From assembly GCA_002763115.1 (NCBI GenBank), contig PFCW01000001.1, forward strand, positions 44,491-81,754: a stretch of DNA of 37,264 nucleotides. Direction: 5' to 3'. The DNA is from Candidatus Pacearchaeota archaeon CG10_big_fil_rev_8_21_14_0_10_31_59 (GTDB lineage: Archaea; Nanobdellota; Nanobdellia; Pacearchaeales; CG1-02-31-27). A program made the position numbers and the translations under genes. Below are positions 1-10,013 of this stretch, piece after piece (the first letter of the stretch is position 1; each line of letters starts with the position of its first letter). The notes below the pieces were generated by a model. The model searched no databases. It had not been told where the DNA came from and worked only from the letters and a program-made list of their open reading frames with translations.

Positions 1-233
1 TCTTCGTAAGAGGGAACCCATTGAATATCAAAAACTGGAAAATTGGAATTTTTTTCTTTTTGTTTTAAACCAAAAATATGTCCGACAGCAGATGCAACAA
101 TAATATCTTTATTATCAAGCTTAAATTCATAATACGGGACACCTTTCAAATTTTTCTTGGATGCTTTAGATGACAAAGCTGCAGCAATTTTTGCAGCTGC
201 CTGCGGTTTTTCTGCTATAATCAACTGTTTCAT
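1..233 (-). CDS. topA: DNA topoisomerase I (type IA), N-terminal fragment; gene runs off the left edge
   Basis: Not in the ORF track because it is truncated. The reverse complement from ATG at 233-231 reads MKQLIIAEKPQAAAKIAAALS...VASAVGHIFGL...FPVFDIQWVPSYE, the AEKP/GH Toprim N-terminus of type IA topoisomerases. Confidence 0.7.
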   Translation of the reverse strand, partial: MKQLIIAEKPQAAAKIAAALSSKASKKNLKGVPYYEFKLDNKDIIVASAVGHIFGLKQKEKNSNFPVFDIQWVPSYE

Positions 234-294
234 TAAACTTTTTAGAATAACACTATTATAAAGTTTTTGCTGAAGAAAGTTTTATTCGAAACCA

Positions 295-927
295 TCAAAC
301 CTCGATTATCTTCCCCCTCCTTCCAACATTTATTAATCTTGTTTTTCCGATTTGTTCCTCTAAACCGTCTGCTTCGTGAACATGTGAACATAATGCAAAG
401 TCGGGCTGTAATTGTTCTATAGCTTTTCTTACAGCTCTGCTCGGAGAAACTATTCTAGACATTTTTTCCATTTTTGTATCCGAAGGATGAATATGTGTAA
501 CCATTATTTTCTTTGCCAAATCTTTTACTCTTTCACTTCCCCGTTTAAGCAGATTAAACATTTCTTCTTCTGTAATCGGGACTGCCGGTCCTATATTTGT
601 TGTTCCGCCAGCACCGAAAATTCCTATATTATTAAACTTGAAAGAATAACCATGAATATTTTTTGCATTTGGTTTGTAAACTTCCCCCAAGAAATCCGCT
701 GTCGCAAAACTCTCATGATTTCCAGGAATGAACAAGACTTTTTTTCCTTTTTTTAGAAAAGGACCTATAATATTATCTGTTGATGCTTCAGCCATTGTCA
801 AATCTCCGGCCAGTATGACTAAGTCGACATTCTCCCTTTCAGCTTTTTCAGCTAGTTTATACACTAGAGACAAGTCTCCGTGCAAATCACCAGCTGCCAA
901 AATTTTTGTTTTTTTGTTTTCTTCCAT
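295..927 (-). CDS. Calcineurin-like metallophosphoesterase
   Basis: Motifs GDLHGD, AGDL, GNHE and THIHP/SHVH occur in the canonical order of the metallophosphoesterase fold. Confidence 0.8.
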   Translation of the reverse strand: MEENKKTKILAAGDLHGDLSLVYKLAEKAERENVDLVILAGDLTMAEASTDNIIGPFLKKGKKVLFIPGNHESFATADFLGEVYKPNAKNIHGYSFKFNNIGIFGAGGTTNIGPAVPITEEEMFNLLKRGSERVKDLAKKIMVTHIHPSDTKMEKMSRIVSPSRAVRKAIEQLQPDFALCSHVHEADGLEEQIGKTRLINVGRRGKIIEV

Positions 928-961
928 TATTAAAACAAGAATACAATAAATTTAAAGGTTT

Positions 962-1642
962 TTATTTTCCAAATCTTCTTTCTCTGCTTTCAAAATCTTC
1001 AATCGCTTTTATTAAATCCTGCTTTGAGAATTCAGGCCAGTGCTTTTCCGTGAAATAAAACTCTGAATAAGATGACTGCCAAGGTAAGAATCCAGAAATT
1101 CTTTTTTCTCCGGAAGTTCTTATTATCAAGTCAGGTTCTGAATCAAGGTAAAGATTTTTGCTGAAATCCTTTTCTTCAATCTTATTCACTTTGGACTTTA
1201 AAATTTTGTTTACAGCATCTACAATTTCAGCACGACCATCATAAGCCATGCAGAAATTTAATCTATAATTATTATAATTCTTTGTTTTTTCCATTATTTT
1301 TTTCATCAATTCATAAATTTCTTTTGGAAAAAGCTTAATTCTGCCTATAAATCTGACCCTAACTTTATCTTCATCAATTCTTTTTTCTTTTAATATTTTT
1401 AAGAACCATAATTTAAACAACTGAAATAAGAATTTTACTTCAGCTTTATCCCTCTCAAAATTTTTTAAGGAGAAAGCATATAATGTTAATTCTTTAATTT
1501 TGAGTTCTTTGCACCACTCTAAAAAATTTGCTAAATTCTCAGCTCCCTTTTTATATCCTTCCCAAGGATTTAAATTTCTCTGTTTTGCCCATCTTCTGTT
1601 GCCATCTAAGATTACTCCGAGATGTCTTAATTTGTTTTGCAT
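962..1642 (-). CDS. uppS: cis-prenyltransferase (undecaprenyl/di-trans,poly-cis-polyprenyl diphosphate synthase)
   Basis: Carries the DGNRRWA motif near the N-terminus and IRTSGEKRISGFLPWQSSYSEFYF near the C-terminus. Typical length of 226 aa. Confidence 0.9.
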   Translation of the reverse strand: MQNKLRHLGVILDGNRRWAKQRNLNPWEGYKKGAENLANFLEWCKELKIKELTLYAFSLKNFERDKAEVKFLFQLFKLWFLKILKEKRIDEDKVRVRFIGRIKLFPKEIYELMKKIMEKTKNYNNYRLNFCMAYDGRAEIVDAVNKILKSKVNKIEEKDFSKNLYLDSEPDLIIRTSGEKRISGFLPWQSSYSEFYFTEKHWPEFSKQDLIKAIEDFESRERRFGK

Positions 1643-1690
1643 TTAACTACTAAAAAAATTTGATTTAAAAATATTATGAAACAGAAAAAG

Positions 1691-2977
1691 CTACTTCTTC
1701 TTGACCTTTTCTTTTGTGCCAATAACTTTTTGTCCATTCATGTAAGGAACAAGAACTTTAGGTATTGTTATCGAACCATTTTTATTTTGATAATTTTCAA
1801 TTATGCAGACAATCATTCTCTCTGTCGCTATTGCTGTATTGTTCAAGGTATGAACAAATTTCCTTCCCCCGTTTTCTTCATATTTAATGTTAGACCTTCT
1901 TGCCTGATAATCCAGACAATTTGAACATGATGCCAATTCTCTATATTCATTTTGTGTTGGAAACCATCCTTCAAAATCAATTGTCTTTGTCGGGATCCTC
2001 CCAGTATCTTCCGAAGACAAAACAACAATTCTAAACGGTATTCCCAGTGCTTTGAACATCTCTTTTGTATTTTTTAATATAAAATCAAATTCTTTCCATG
2101 AATCTTCCTGTTTACAGAAAATAAATTGTTCTATCTTTTCAAACTGATGAACTCTAAAAATTCCTTTTGTATCTTTTCCATGACTGCCAGCCTCTTTTCG
2201 GAAGCACGGGCTCATACCTGCAAACCTTATTGGCAATTTTTCTTTGTCTATAACTTCATTCATATAATATGCGTTTAAAGCATGCTCGGCTGTTCCTATC
2301 AAATACAAATCTTCATTTTCTATCTTGTAGATCATATCTTCAAATGCATTTAAATTTAAAGCTCCCTTCAAAGCGTCTCTCTTCAGCATATATGGGGGCT
2401 GGACCAAAATAAAATTTTTCTTGGCTAAAAAATTAATAGCAAAATTAATCAAAGCCTGATTTAATTTTACAACATCTTTTTTTAAATAATAAAATCTCGC
2501 TCCCGCAACTTTCGAAGCTCTTTCAATATCAAGCATGTCTAATTGTAAAAGCAATTCTTCGTGACCTCGAGGTTTGAAACTTAATTTAGAAGGTTTTTTC
2601 ACAATCTCTAAAACTTTATTTTTGCTTGCATCCCCAACAGGAACCGATTTATCAATTATATTGGGAATGTTATCTATCGCTTCATTTCTTTTTTCTTCAA
2701 GTTCAATTAATGCCTTTTCTTTCTCCTCTATTTTTTTGGGAATCTCTTTTGCTCTTTTTATTATATCATCAATTTTTCTGCCGTGCTTTTTTGCTTCGTT
2801 GATAGATTCGCTTATTTTATTCCTTTCAGCCCTCAAAGAATCCACTTCCTGCTTAACATTTCTCCATTTTTCATCTAAATGCAGAATAAAATCTATATCT
2901 TTTTCATCTAACCCTCTTTTTTTCTGACTCTCCTTTATTAATGAAGGATTTTTCCTCAGCAAATTTACATCAATCAT
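1691..2977 (-). CDS. serS: Seryl-tRNA synthetase
   Basis: N-terminal coiled-coil arm, class II motif 2 (FRKEAGSHGKDTKGIFRVHQFEK) and motif 3 (LNNTAIATERMIVCIIENYQ). Confidence 0.95.
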   Translation of the reverse strand: MIDVNLLRKNPSLIKESQKKRGLDEKDIDFILHLDEKWRNVKQEVDSLRAERNKISESINEAKKHGRKIDDIIKRAKEIPKKIEEKEKALIELEEKRNEAIDNIPNIIDKSVPVGDASKNKVLEIVKKPSKLSFKPRGHEELLLQLDMLDIERASKVAGARFYYLKKDVVKLNQALINFAINFLAKKNFILVQPPYMLKRDALKGALNLNAFEDMIYKIENEDLYLIGTAEHALNAYYMNEVIDKEKLPIRFAGMSPCFRKEAGSHGKDTKGIFRVHQFEKIEQFIFCKQEDSWKEFDFILKNTKEMFKALGIPFRIVVLSSEDTGRIPTKTIDFEGWFPTQNEYRELASCSNCLDYQARRSNIKYEENGGRKFVHTLNNTAIATERMIVCIIENYQNKNGSITIPKVLVPYMNGQKVIGTKEKVKKK

Positions 2978-3087
2978 ATTTTGAAATAGTTTGCAACATA
3001 TTTAAAACTTTTTAAATTAATTCAAACTTTGCTTATATTCACCACCTTTCTGTTATAACTTTAGAATTAATACAAAAAACATATTAT

Positions 3088-3103
3088 AGAAAGATTTATA
3101 AAC
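3088..3103 (+). promoter_or_regulatory. BRE/TATA promoter (AGAAAGATTTATAAAC) for the 3152 gene
   Basis: Matches the local consensus (C/A)GAAAG(A/G)TTTATA seen upstream of several genes here. A GAGGTG Shine-Dalgarno lies 5 nt before the ATG at 3152. Confidence 0.5.
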
Positions 3104-3151
3104 AAAAGTAATGATTAAGATATATCAATTCGAAAGAATGCATAGAGGTGT

Positions 3152-3451
3152 ATGGTTAATCAAAATAAACAAAACCGAGTAAAAATGATTCAAGACCCAT
3201 TCAACATTTTTTTCAGAAAAAAACCAGCACTTATGTTAATAACTTTAAAAAAGAGCGGAAGAGCGAGGTATGGAAGTATGCTTTCTAAGGAAATAGATTG
3301 TACATATAGTCATGCGGTTAAGATACTTCAGAGCTTGGAGAAATTGGGTCTGGTTGATTTCGAGAAGAAAGGAAGAATAAAACTAATAAAACTTACAAAG
3401 AAAGGCCAGGAGATAGCAGGCCATATGCAAAGAGTAAAAGAGGAGCTTTAA
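3152..3451 (+). CDS. Small winged-helix DNA-binding protein (putative transcription regulator)
   Basis: The segment SKEIDCTYSHAVKILQSLEKLGLVDFEKKGRIKLIKLTKKG has an HTH plus beta-wing pattern. Confidence 0.6.
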   Translation: MVNQNKQNRVKMIQDPFNIFFRKKPALMLITLKKSGRARYGSMLSKEIDCTYSHAVKILQSLEKLGLVDFEKKGRIKLIKLTKKGQEIAGHMQRVKEEL

Positions 3452-3516
3452 TCCCCTTTTTATTTTATTTATTTTTGTAAAATAAATTTTAAAAACCCAC
3501 GATTTAATATAGTTCT

Positions 3517-5562
3517 ATGATAAGCGTAATATTAGCAGCAGGGAAAGGAAAAAGATTAGGTAGCCTAAGTGATGAAAAACAGAAATCAAGTTTGATTATA
3601 AACAAGAACATAATTCTTTTAAGTCAAATATCTAAAAAAATTTATATTGTTGTGGGGCATAGAAAGGAAGATATTTTCTCAGAGGTTAAGAAATTAAGCA
3701 AGGAATTAAGGGAAAAAATATTTTTTGTAGAACAAAAAGAACAGAATGGTTCTGCCACTGCAGTATCTATTATTGAATCCAAATTAGGGGAAGATGATAA
3801 ACAAGAGAATATATTGGTATGTAATGGCGATACACTTTTAAATCTAGAGATAATAAAAAAAGTTTCCAAATCTAAAAATAACTGTTTGTTGGCCTATACT
3901 ATTGATGATCCTTGGAATTATGGTGTTCTGAAAATTGATAAGAAAAATATCTTGGAAGAGGTAATTGAAAAACCGACAAAAGATGAGATAAAAGAGAATA
4001 ATTTGGGAAATTTTGTAAACGCCGGTATTTACATTTTTCCTTTCGAGATTTTTGATGCAATAAGGGAAACTCCAATAAACAAAAAAAGGAACGAATACGA
4101 AATAACAGACAGCATTATGATATTGAATAAAGAAAAACCATTTGAAGTCATTGAAATTAAGAAACCATTACATATAAGCAACGAAGAAGATTTGAAAAAT
4201 GAAAGACTCGGATTTAAAAACATAATAGAATCTTTCTCGGGAATAAGGGTAGAGTTGAAATATCTAAGAGAAGAAAAACTGATTGATTATGCAAATTGCT
4301 TTGCTTTATTTTTAAACGGAAAAAATAAAATAGTTATAGGAAGAGACAGCAGGAACTCCGGAAAAAATATAGCTAAAATTTTAATAAAATTTTTCACTGA
4401 AAGAGGTTTTTTAGTTTATTATGTTGATATAATCCCAACACCGGCAATTGAATTTGCAATCAGGGAAACTAAATCTGATGGTGGAATAATAATTACAGCA
4501 TCCCATAATCCTGAAGACTATAATGGACTAAAATTCTGCAAAGAAGATGGGAGCCAGCTAACAAAAGATGAATTTGAAAAAATGATTTCTTATAAAAATT
4601 CAGAATTAATTGAAAAGAAAAAAGGAGACTGGAAAAATTTAAGGAGAGAAATAGAAAAGAGATATGTTAAATTTATCCTAGGTTTTTTGAAACCGGAAGC
4701 AAGAAGCATAATTAAAGCTGAAAGACTAAATTTGATTATTGATTTAAATGGAAGTTCTGCTTCAAGGGTAATTTCTGAATTAGTAAAAGAATTAAAATTC
4801 AATGCTAAAATAATAAACAAAAAATTCGGGCAGTTTGAACATAAAATTGAACCGACGGAAGATGCTTTGGAAGAATTAATCAGTTTATGCAAAGAAAAGA
4901 ATACTGCCGGAGCAACTTTTGACTGTGATTCAGACAGACTGGCGTTGATAACGGAGAAAGGCAAATATTTATCTGGAAATGAAATTTTTGCTTTAGGTCT
5001 GATAAATTTTCTAAAGGCAAACAGAAGCAGAGTTGTCATAAATAATATGACTTCTTATATCATAAAAGATATCTGCAATGAGGCCGGTATTAAAATTTAT
5101 GAAACTGATGTTGGTGAATGCAATGTTGTTGAAGCCATGAAGGCAAAAGATTGTTTGGTCGGAGGTGAAGGTTCATCAGGTGGTTTTATACTATGGCCTT
5201 CAAGATGCAGAGACGGAATTTTATCTTTGCTGATAATTTTAGATTATATGTGCAAGGAAAACAAGACTTTACATGATTTATATGAAGAATTGCCGAAACG
5301 ATATTACAAAAAGGGAGGTATAAATAAAAAAATTGAAAATTTAAATGATAAATTAGAAGATTGGTGTATGAGGAATAATTTTAATTTTAAAAACTTCGGA
5401 AAAAATGCAGGATTTAAAATTATGTTTACTGAAGATATATGGGTTGCAATAAGGTCCTCACAAACAGAACCATCTTTGATAAGAATAGCTGTAGATTCAA
5501 AATCAGAAGCTGTCACAGAAAAATTAACTGAAAAAATGAAGACTGTTTTGGAAGGATTTTAA
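3517..5562 (+). CDS. Fusion protein: sugar-1-phosphate nucleotidyltransferase (N) plus phosphohexomutase PGM/PMM/GlmM family (C)
   Basis: N-terminal LAAGKGKRLG (GxGxRL). C-terminal TASHNP phosphoserine loop, FDCDSDR metal loop, GGEGSSGG sugar loop and RSSQTEP phosphate loop. Confidence 0.8.
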   Translation: MISVILAAGKGKRLGSLSDEKQKSSLIINKNIILLSQISKKIYIVVGHRKEDIFSEVKKLSKELREKIFFVEQKEQNGSATAVSIIESKLGEDDKQENILVCNGDTLLNLEIIKKVSKSKNNCLLAYTIDDPWNYGVLKIDKKNILEEVIEKPTKDEIKENNLGNFVNAGIYIFPFEIFDAIRETPINKKRNEYEITDSIMILNKEKPFEVIEIKKPLHISNEEDLKNERLGFKNIIESFSGIRVELKYLREEKLIDYANCFALFLNGKNKIVIGRDSRNSGKNIAKILIKFFTERGFLVYYVDIIPTPAIEFAIRETKSDGGIIITASHNPEDYNGLKFCKEDGSQLTKDEFEKMISYKNSELIEKKKGDWKNLRREIEKRYVKFILGFLKPEARSIIKAERLNLIIDLNGSSASRVISELVKELKFNAKIINKKFGQFEHKIEPTEDALEELISLCKEKNTAGATFDCDSDRLALITEKGKYLSGNEIFALGLINFLKANRSRVVINNMTSYIIKDICNEAGIKIYETDVGECNVVEAMKAKDCLVGGEGSSGGFILWPSRCRDGILSLLIILDYMCKENKTLHDLYEELPKRYYKKGGINKKIENLNDKLEDWCMRNNFNFKNFGKNAGFKIMFTEDIWVAIRSSQTEPSLIRIAVDSKSEAVTEKLTEKMKTVLEGF

Positions 5563-5987
5563 ATATTCCTTTCAACAAATCTTCTCAAACCTTCAACATG
5601 GCTGACTTTTAAATTTTTTAATTTGTCTCTGAAAGAGTCATTGATTTTTACACCTTCCTTCTGGGCTTTTTCTTTTATATAATTGTAAAGTTTTTTGCCT
5701 TCATCATCAAAATCTGTAAAAATTATTATAAAATAATTATTTTCAGCGCAGAATTCTACCAGTTCAGCAATTCGATTGTAAGCCCCTTTTTGCGGAGTTT
5801 TCAGCTGGAATATTTTTTTCTCAGGAATTCCTATCCCCACTAAAGATTTAATATCATTTTTTCCCTCAACTACAATAAAAAAATCTTCATCATAAATTTT
5901 TTCAATATCTTCAAGAAATCTTTTTATCTTTTCAGAATAATTCTCTTTTTCTGCTTCTCTTCTTTTTTCACGACGGTATTTTTTCAT
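5559..5987 (-). CDS. Small Toprim-domain protein (RNase M5 / small primase-like)
   Basis: VVEGKNDIKSL (Toprim Glu) and FTDFDDEGKKL (DxD) motifs; 142 aa. Confidence 0.65.
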   Translation of the reverse strand: MKKYRREKRREAEKENYSEKIKRFLEDIEKIYDEDFFIVVEGKNDIKSLVGIGIPEKKIFQLKTPQKGAYNRIAELVEFCAENNYFIIIFTDFDDEGKKLYNYIKEKAQKEGVKINDSFRDKLKNLKVSHVEGLRRFVERNI

Positions 5988-6068
5988 TGACTATCCTTTC
6001 TTTAGAAAAGAAAGGCTCGTCGAATCCAAAGAAACTTATTTAGTCTTTAGATTGACATAATTTTATTA

Positions 6069-6214
6069 TGGGCCTGAGGGGATTTGGACCCCCGACACCC
6101 GCATTTCACTTACGAATCCAAAAACTAAAATAGTCTTTTGGAACTCCTAGAACCTTTTCTTCTAGAAAAGGTTGTAGTAAGAGTGCGGTGCTCTACCAAC
6201 TGAGCTACAAGCCC
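6069..6214 (-). tRNA. tRNA-Lys(CUU) with a 73-nt intron at 37/38
   Basis: Minus strand: GGGCTTG/CAGGCCC acceptor, GCTC/GAGC D stem, CCGCA/TGCGG anticodon stem, loop CTCTTA|intron|A, GGGGG/CCCCT T stem. No encoded CCA. Confidence 0.85.
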
Positions 6215-6235
6215 GTTGAGAATAATAAAGAAATA

Positions 6236-6250
6236 CAATTTAAAAAGTTA
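6236..6250 (-). promoter_or_regulatory. TATA-like promoter for tRNA-Lys (minus strand TAACTTTTTAAATTG)
   Basis: Lies about 25-30 nt upstream of the tRNA 5' end. The RNase P RNA gene has the same AACTTTTTAAAT box upstream. Confidence 0.45.
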
Positions 6251-6263
6251 TTTGCTTATACTA

Positions 6264-6364
6264 AAAATAGAAAACTGCAGTTTTCTATTTTGATACACGG
6301 AAATTAATCATAATTTCCTGTTTTGGAAATTGAAAATTTCCTCAATACTGAAAATTACAGTATT
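6264..6364. other. Cluster of four consecutive perfect stem-loops
   Basis: 6264-6291 is a 14-bp palindrome centred on CTGCAG. 6299-6318 is GGAAATTA/TAATTTCC. 6325-6341 is GGAAATT/AATTTCC. 6344-6364 is AATACTG/CAGTATT. Confidence 0.7.
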
Positions 6365-6394
6365 AAAATAAAAGAAATAAGATGACAATTTTCA

Positions 6395-6709
6395 TCAAGA
6401 GTATTCTCTCCAAGTCTCGTTACATTTTTCACATCTAAAAAATCTTGTTTCTGCTTCATCGCCAGATCTCATCTGTGAAGACCAATAATAAGCTTTTCTA
6501 TGCCCGCATTTCGGACATGTTGCTGAAACCAAGGGCAATACATTTGTATCTTTTTCTTTTAAAATATCTATCTTTTCCCTCTTTTCTTTTATTTCAGAAC
6601 TCATAAGCTTTATTTTTTCATCGGTGGAATAACTGCAATTAGGATTTGAACAACTCCACCTGGTCCTCTTTTGTATCAAGACTGCACCACATTTTGGACA
6701 AAATTTCAT
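6395..6709 (-). CDS. tfs: Transcription factor S (TFS / RpoM-like)
   Basis: N-terminal Zn ribbon CPKCG...CSNPNC and C-terminal CPKCGH...QMRSGDEAETRFFRCEKC, the TFIIS-type ribbon carrying its acidic loop. Confidence 0.9.
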   Translation of the reverse strand: MKFCPKCGAVLIQKRTRWSCSNPNCSYSTDEKIKLMSSEIKEKREKIDILKEKDTNVLPLVSATCPKCGHRKAYYWSSQMRSGDEAETRFFRCEKCNETWREYS

Positions 6710-6753
6710 TCAATACCTTTATTGAATACAATTTATAAAGTTTTCGGAAAAAA

Positions 6754-7395
6754 TTAAAGAACTAAAATTAATTCTTTCCAAGCTTTTCCCCAATTTTCAA
6801 AGATAGAAATATTTTTTTCAAAACCATATCCTTTATCTCCTTTTAGATTAGCTGATAATACTCTTCTTAAGCTAATACCTCCACCACCCCCACAAGTATA
6901 TTGAATTATTTCACCTTTTTTTGTCAAATTTTCTTCCTTTAATAAAAATCTTCTTACCATAATATCACTTGAAGTAAGATCACCATCGGGGGTAGCATAA
7001 TTATCACTAGCACCATGACCTATAAAAACTACGTTATCATACTGGGGATTTACTAATATTTCTAGCATCTCATTTTTTGTTGCATTACTATACCAGTCTA
7101 CCTTATTTCCCATGAGGTTTTGTCTTAACGTTATTGGAGCGTACATAAAAAAATCTATCGCCCCCGCTATAATCGGTTTTGGTAAATGTGTGGGGTCATA
7201 ACCACTACTAAACACTACAGTAGTTGCAGAATCTTTAATATCTTGGTTTAACTTTTGTATATAAGTATTCATTAAAGCATTAGTGCTTACAAATCCAGTT
7301 AAAATCACGGCTAATCCGATTCCTACATTTGCCAAAATTTTATTCCACAATCTAGGCTTAGTATAACCTTTATCTCCATTTTTCATTTTAACCAT
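6754..7395 (-). CDS. Membrane-anchored hypothetical protein with His-Gly / Cys-Gly motifs
   Basis: N-terminal TM helix (ILANVGIGLAVILTGFV). NVVFIGHGASD and IIQYTCGGGGG each follow a hydrophobic strand. Confidence 0.55.
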   Translation of the reverse strand: MVKMKNGDKGYTKPRLWNKILANVGIGLAVILTGFVSTNALMNTYIQKLNQDIKDSATTVVFSSGYDPTHLPKPIIAGAIDFFMYAPITLRQNLMGNKVDWYSNATKNEMLEILVNPQYDNVVFIGHGASDNYATPDGDLTSSDIMVRRFLLKEENLTKKGEIIQYTCGGGGGISLRRVLSANLKGDKGYGFEKNISIFENWGKAWKELILVL

Positions 7396-7458
7396 TATTT
7401 ACTAAGATTTAGAAATATTTAAAACTTTCTATTTGTAATTACTTCAGAATAACAACTA

Positions 7459-8106
7459 TTATTTACATATCCCGGGAATTTTCATATTTTCACAAAGAAG
7501 AACTTTTGGATATCCAATATAAGGAACTCTTAAAACAGATTTTCCTTTTATCTGCGATTGTTTAATTGAAAATTCATAATTGTTTTGTCCGTTATTATGA
7601 TCTCCTTTGGTTTGATAAGTTCCGTCTTCGTTAATGAGAACAATCCTGTGAATTATCGGAGTTTTGGTTTGTAAATTGCTGAAAATTATTACATCACCTT
7701 CTTGGTATTGTTTTTTTCCAACTACAACAATAACATCACCTTTATTCATTCCGTTACTAAATTTCCACTCTTTAAATTCATTTAGGGTTATATTTTTGTC
7801 TTCATACCAATCTCCGTATGATTTCCAATATTCATCAACTAGACCTTCATGATGCATACTACTGGATTCAACAATGACAAAAGGAAGCGGTGTTCCAAAT
7901 ATTAAAGAGAAACCTGGAAAAATTAAAAATTTGACAATTAAAAATATCAGTATTATATCGACAATCCAGGACCATATCGAGTTATCGTGAGCTAGAAAAT
8001 GCCAAAGTTTACCAGAGGCTGTTTTATGATCTTGATAAGTGCATTTAATTTTATGTTTCTTTTCTTTTTCATTAATCTGTTCCATGTTCAATAAAATAAA
8101 CTGCAA
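7459..8106 (-). CDS. Signal peptidase I, archaeal/eukaryotic (Sec11/S26B) type
   Basis: TM anchor followed by VESSSMHH (catalytic Ser box), GDVIVV, IHRIV and TKGDHN boxes. Confidence 0.85.
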   Translation of the reverse strand: MQFILLNMEQINEKEKKHKIKCTYQDHKTASGKLWHFLAHDNSIWSWIVDIILIFLIVKFLIFPGFSLIFGTPLPFVIVESSSMHHEGLVDEYWKSYGDWYEDKNITLNEFKEWKFSNGMNKGDVIVVVGKKQYQEGDVIIFSNLQTKTPIIHRIVLINEDGTYQTKGDHNNGQNNYEFSIKQSQIKGKSVLRVPYIGYPKVLLCENMKIPGICK

Positions 8107-8322
8107 TTTAAAAATGTTTAGAAATCAGTTGAAACATTTTAACTTTTAAAATTGAATCAACATCATTACAAAAGAATTTTATATTTGAAAATCTTCATAT
8201 TTGTTACTTTTGTAAAGTGGTAAATATACAGAAAAGTATTTAAAGTTGAAGGTCTTAGAAGAATTAACTATAAAATTTACTTTCTGTCAATAAGAATGTA
8301 CTATTGTCAGAGGGTAAAAAAC

Positions 8323-8338
8323 CGAAAGGTTTATATAT
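8323..8338 (+). promoter_or_regulatory. rRNA operon BRE/TATA promoter (CGAAAGGTTTATATAT)
   Basis: Consensus box about 230 nt upstream of the 16S 5' end. No ORF lies between them. Confidence 0.5.
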
Positions 8339-8518
8339 GGAAAAATTTTTGGTGAATAATAAAATGACACTAGATGAGTGCTCTAACCTTGGAAATTATG
8401 TTAGGGTATGATCGAGATAGAGCAAGCAATCTAGTCAAACTTCTTGATTATAATTTTAATTTAAAATAATAGATTCGATCATACCAATATTATCGTCGAG
8501 AATTTTCTAGATTGATAG

Positions 8519-8531
8519 TTTTTCCGTCGAT
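8519..8531 (+). other. 16S processing-stem 5' strand (pairs with 10127-10138)
   Basis: TTTTTCCGTCGAT is complementary to ATCGACGAAAAA (12 bp, one bulged C). The two strands flank the 16S gene. Confidence 0.55.
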
Positions 8532-8569
8532 AAAAATTGATAGGAGAGCTTTAAGTTACTTGTAATAAA

Positions 8570-10009
<1,440 letters not shown>

Positions 10010-10013
10010 ATAA

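Noticed and set aside
5559-5562. Convergent genes whose stop codons overlap (TTTAA)
   Set aside because: This is simple genome compaction. The ATGA and 2-3 nt junctions elsewhere in the window are similar and not separate features.
6264-6364. Hairpin cluster considered as a CRISPR-like or tandem repeat array
   Set aside because: The four palindromes differ in sequence and length. There is no repeat-spacer periodicity, and no cas genes occur in the window.
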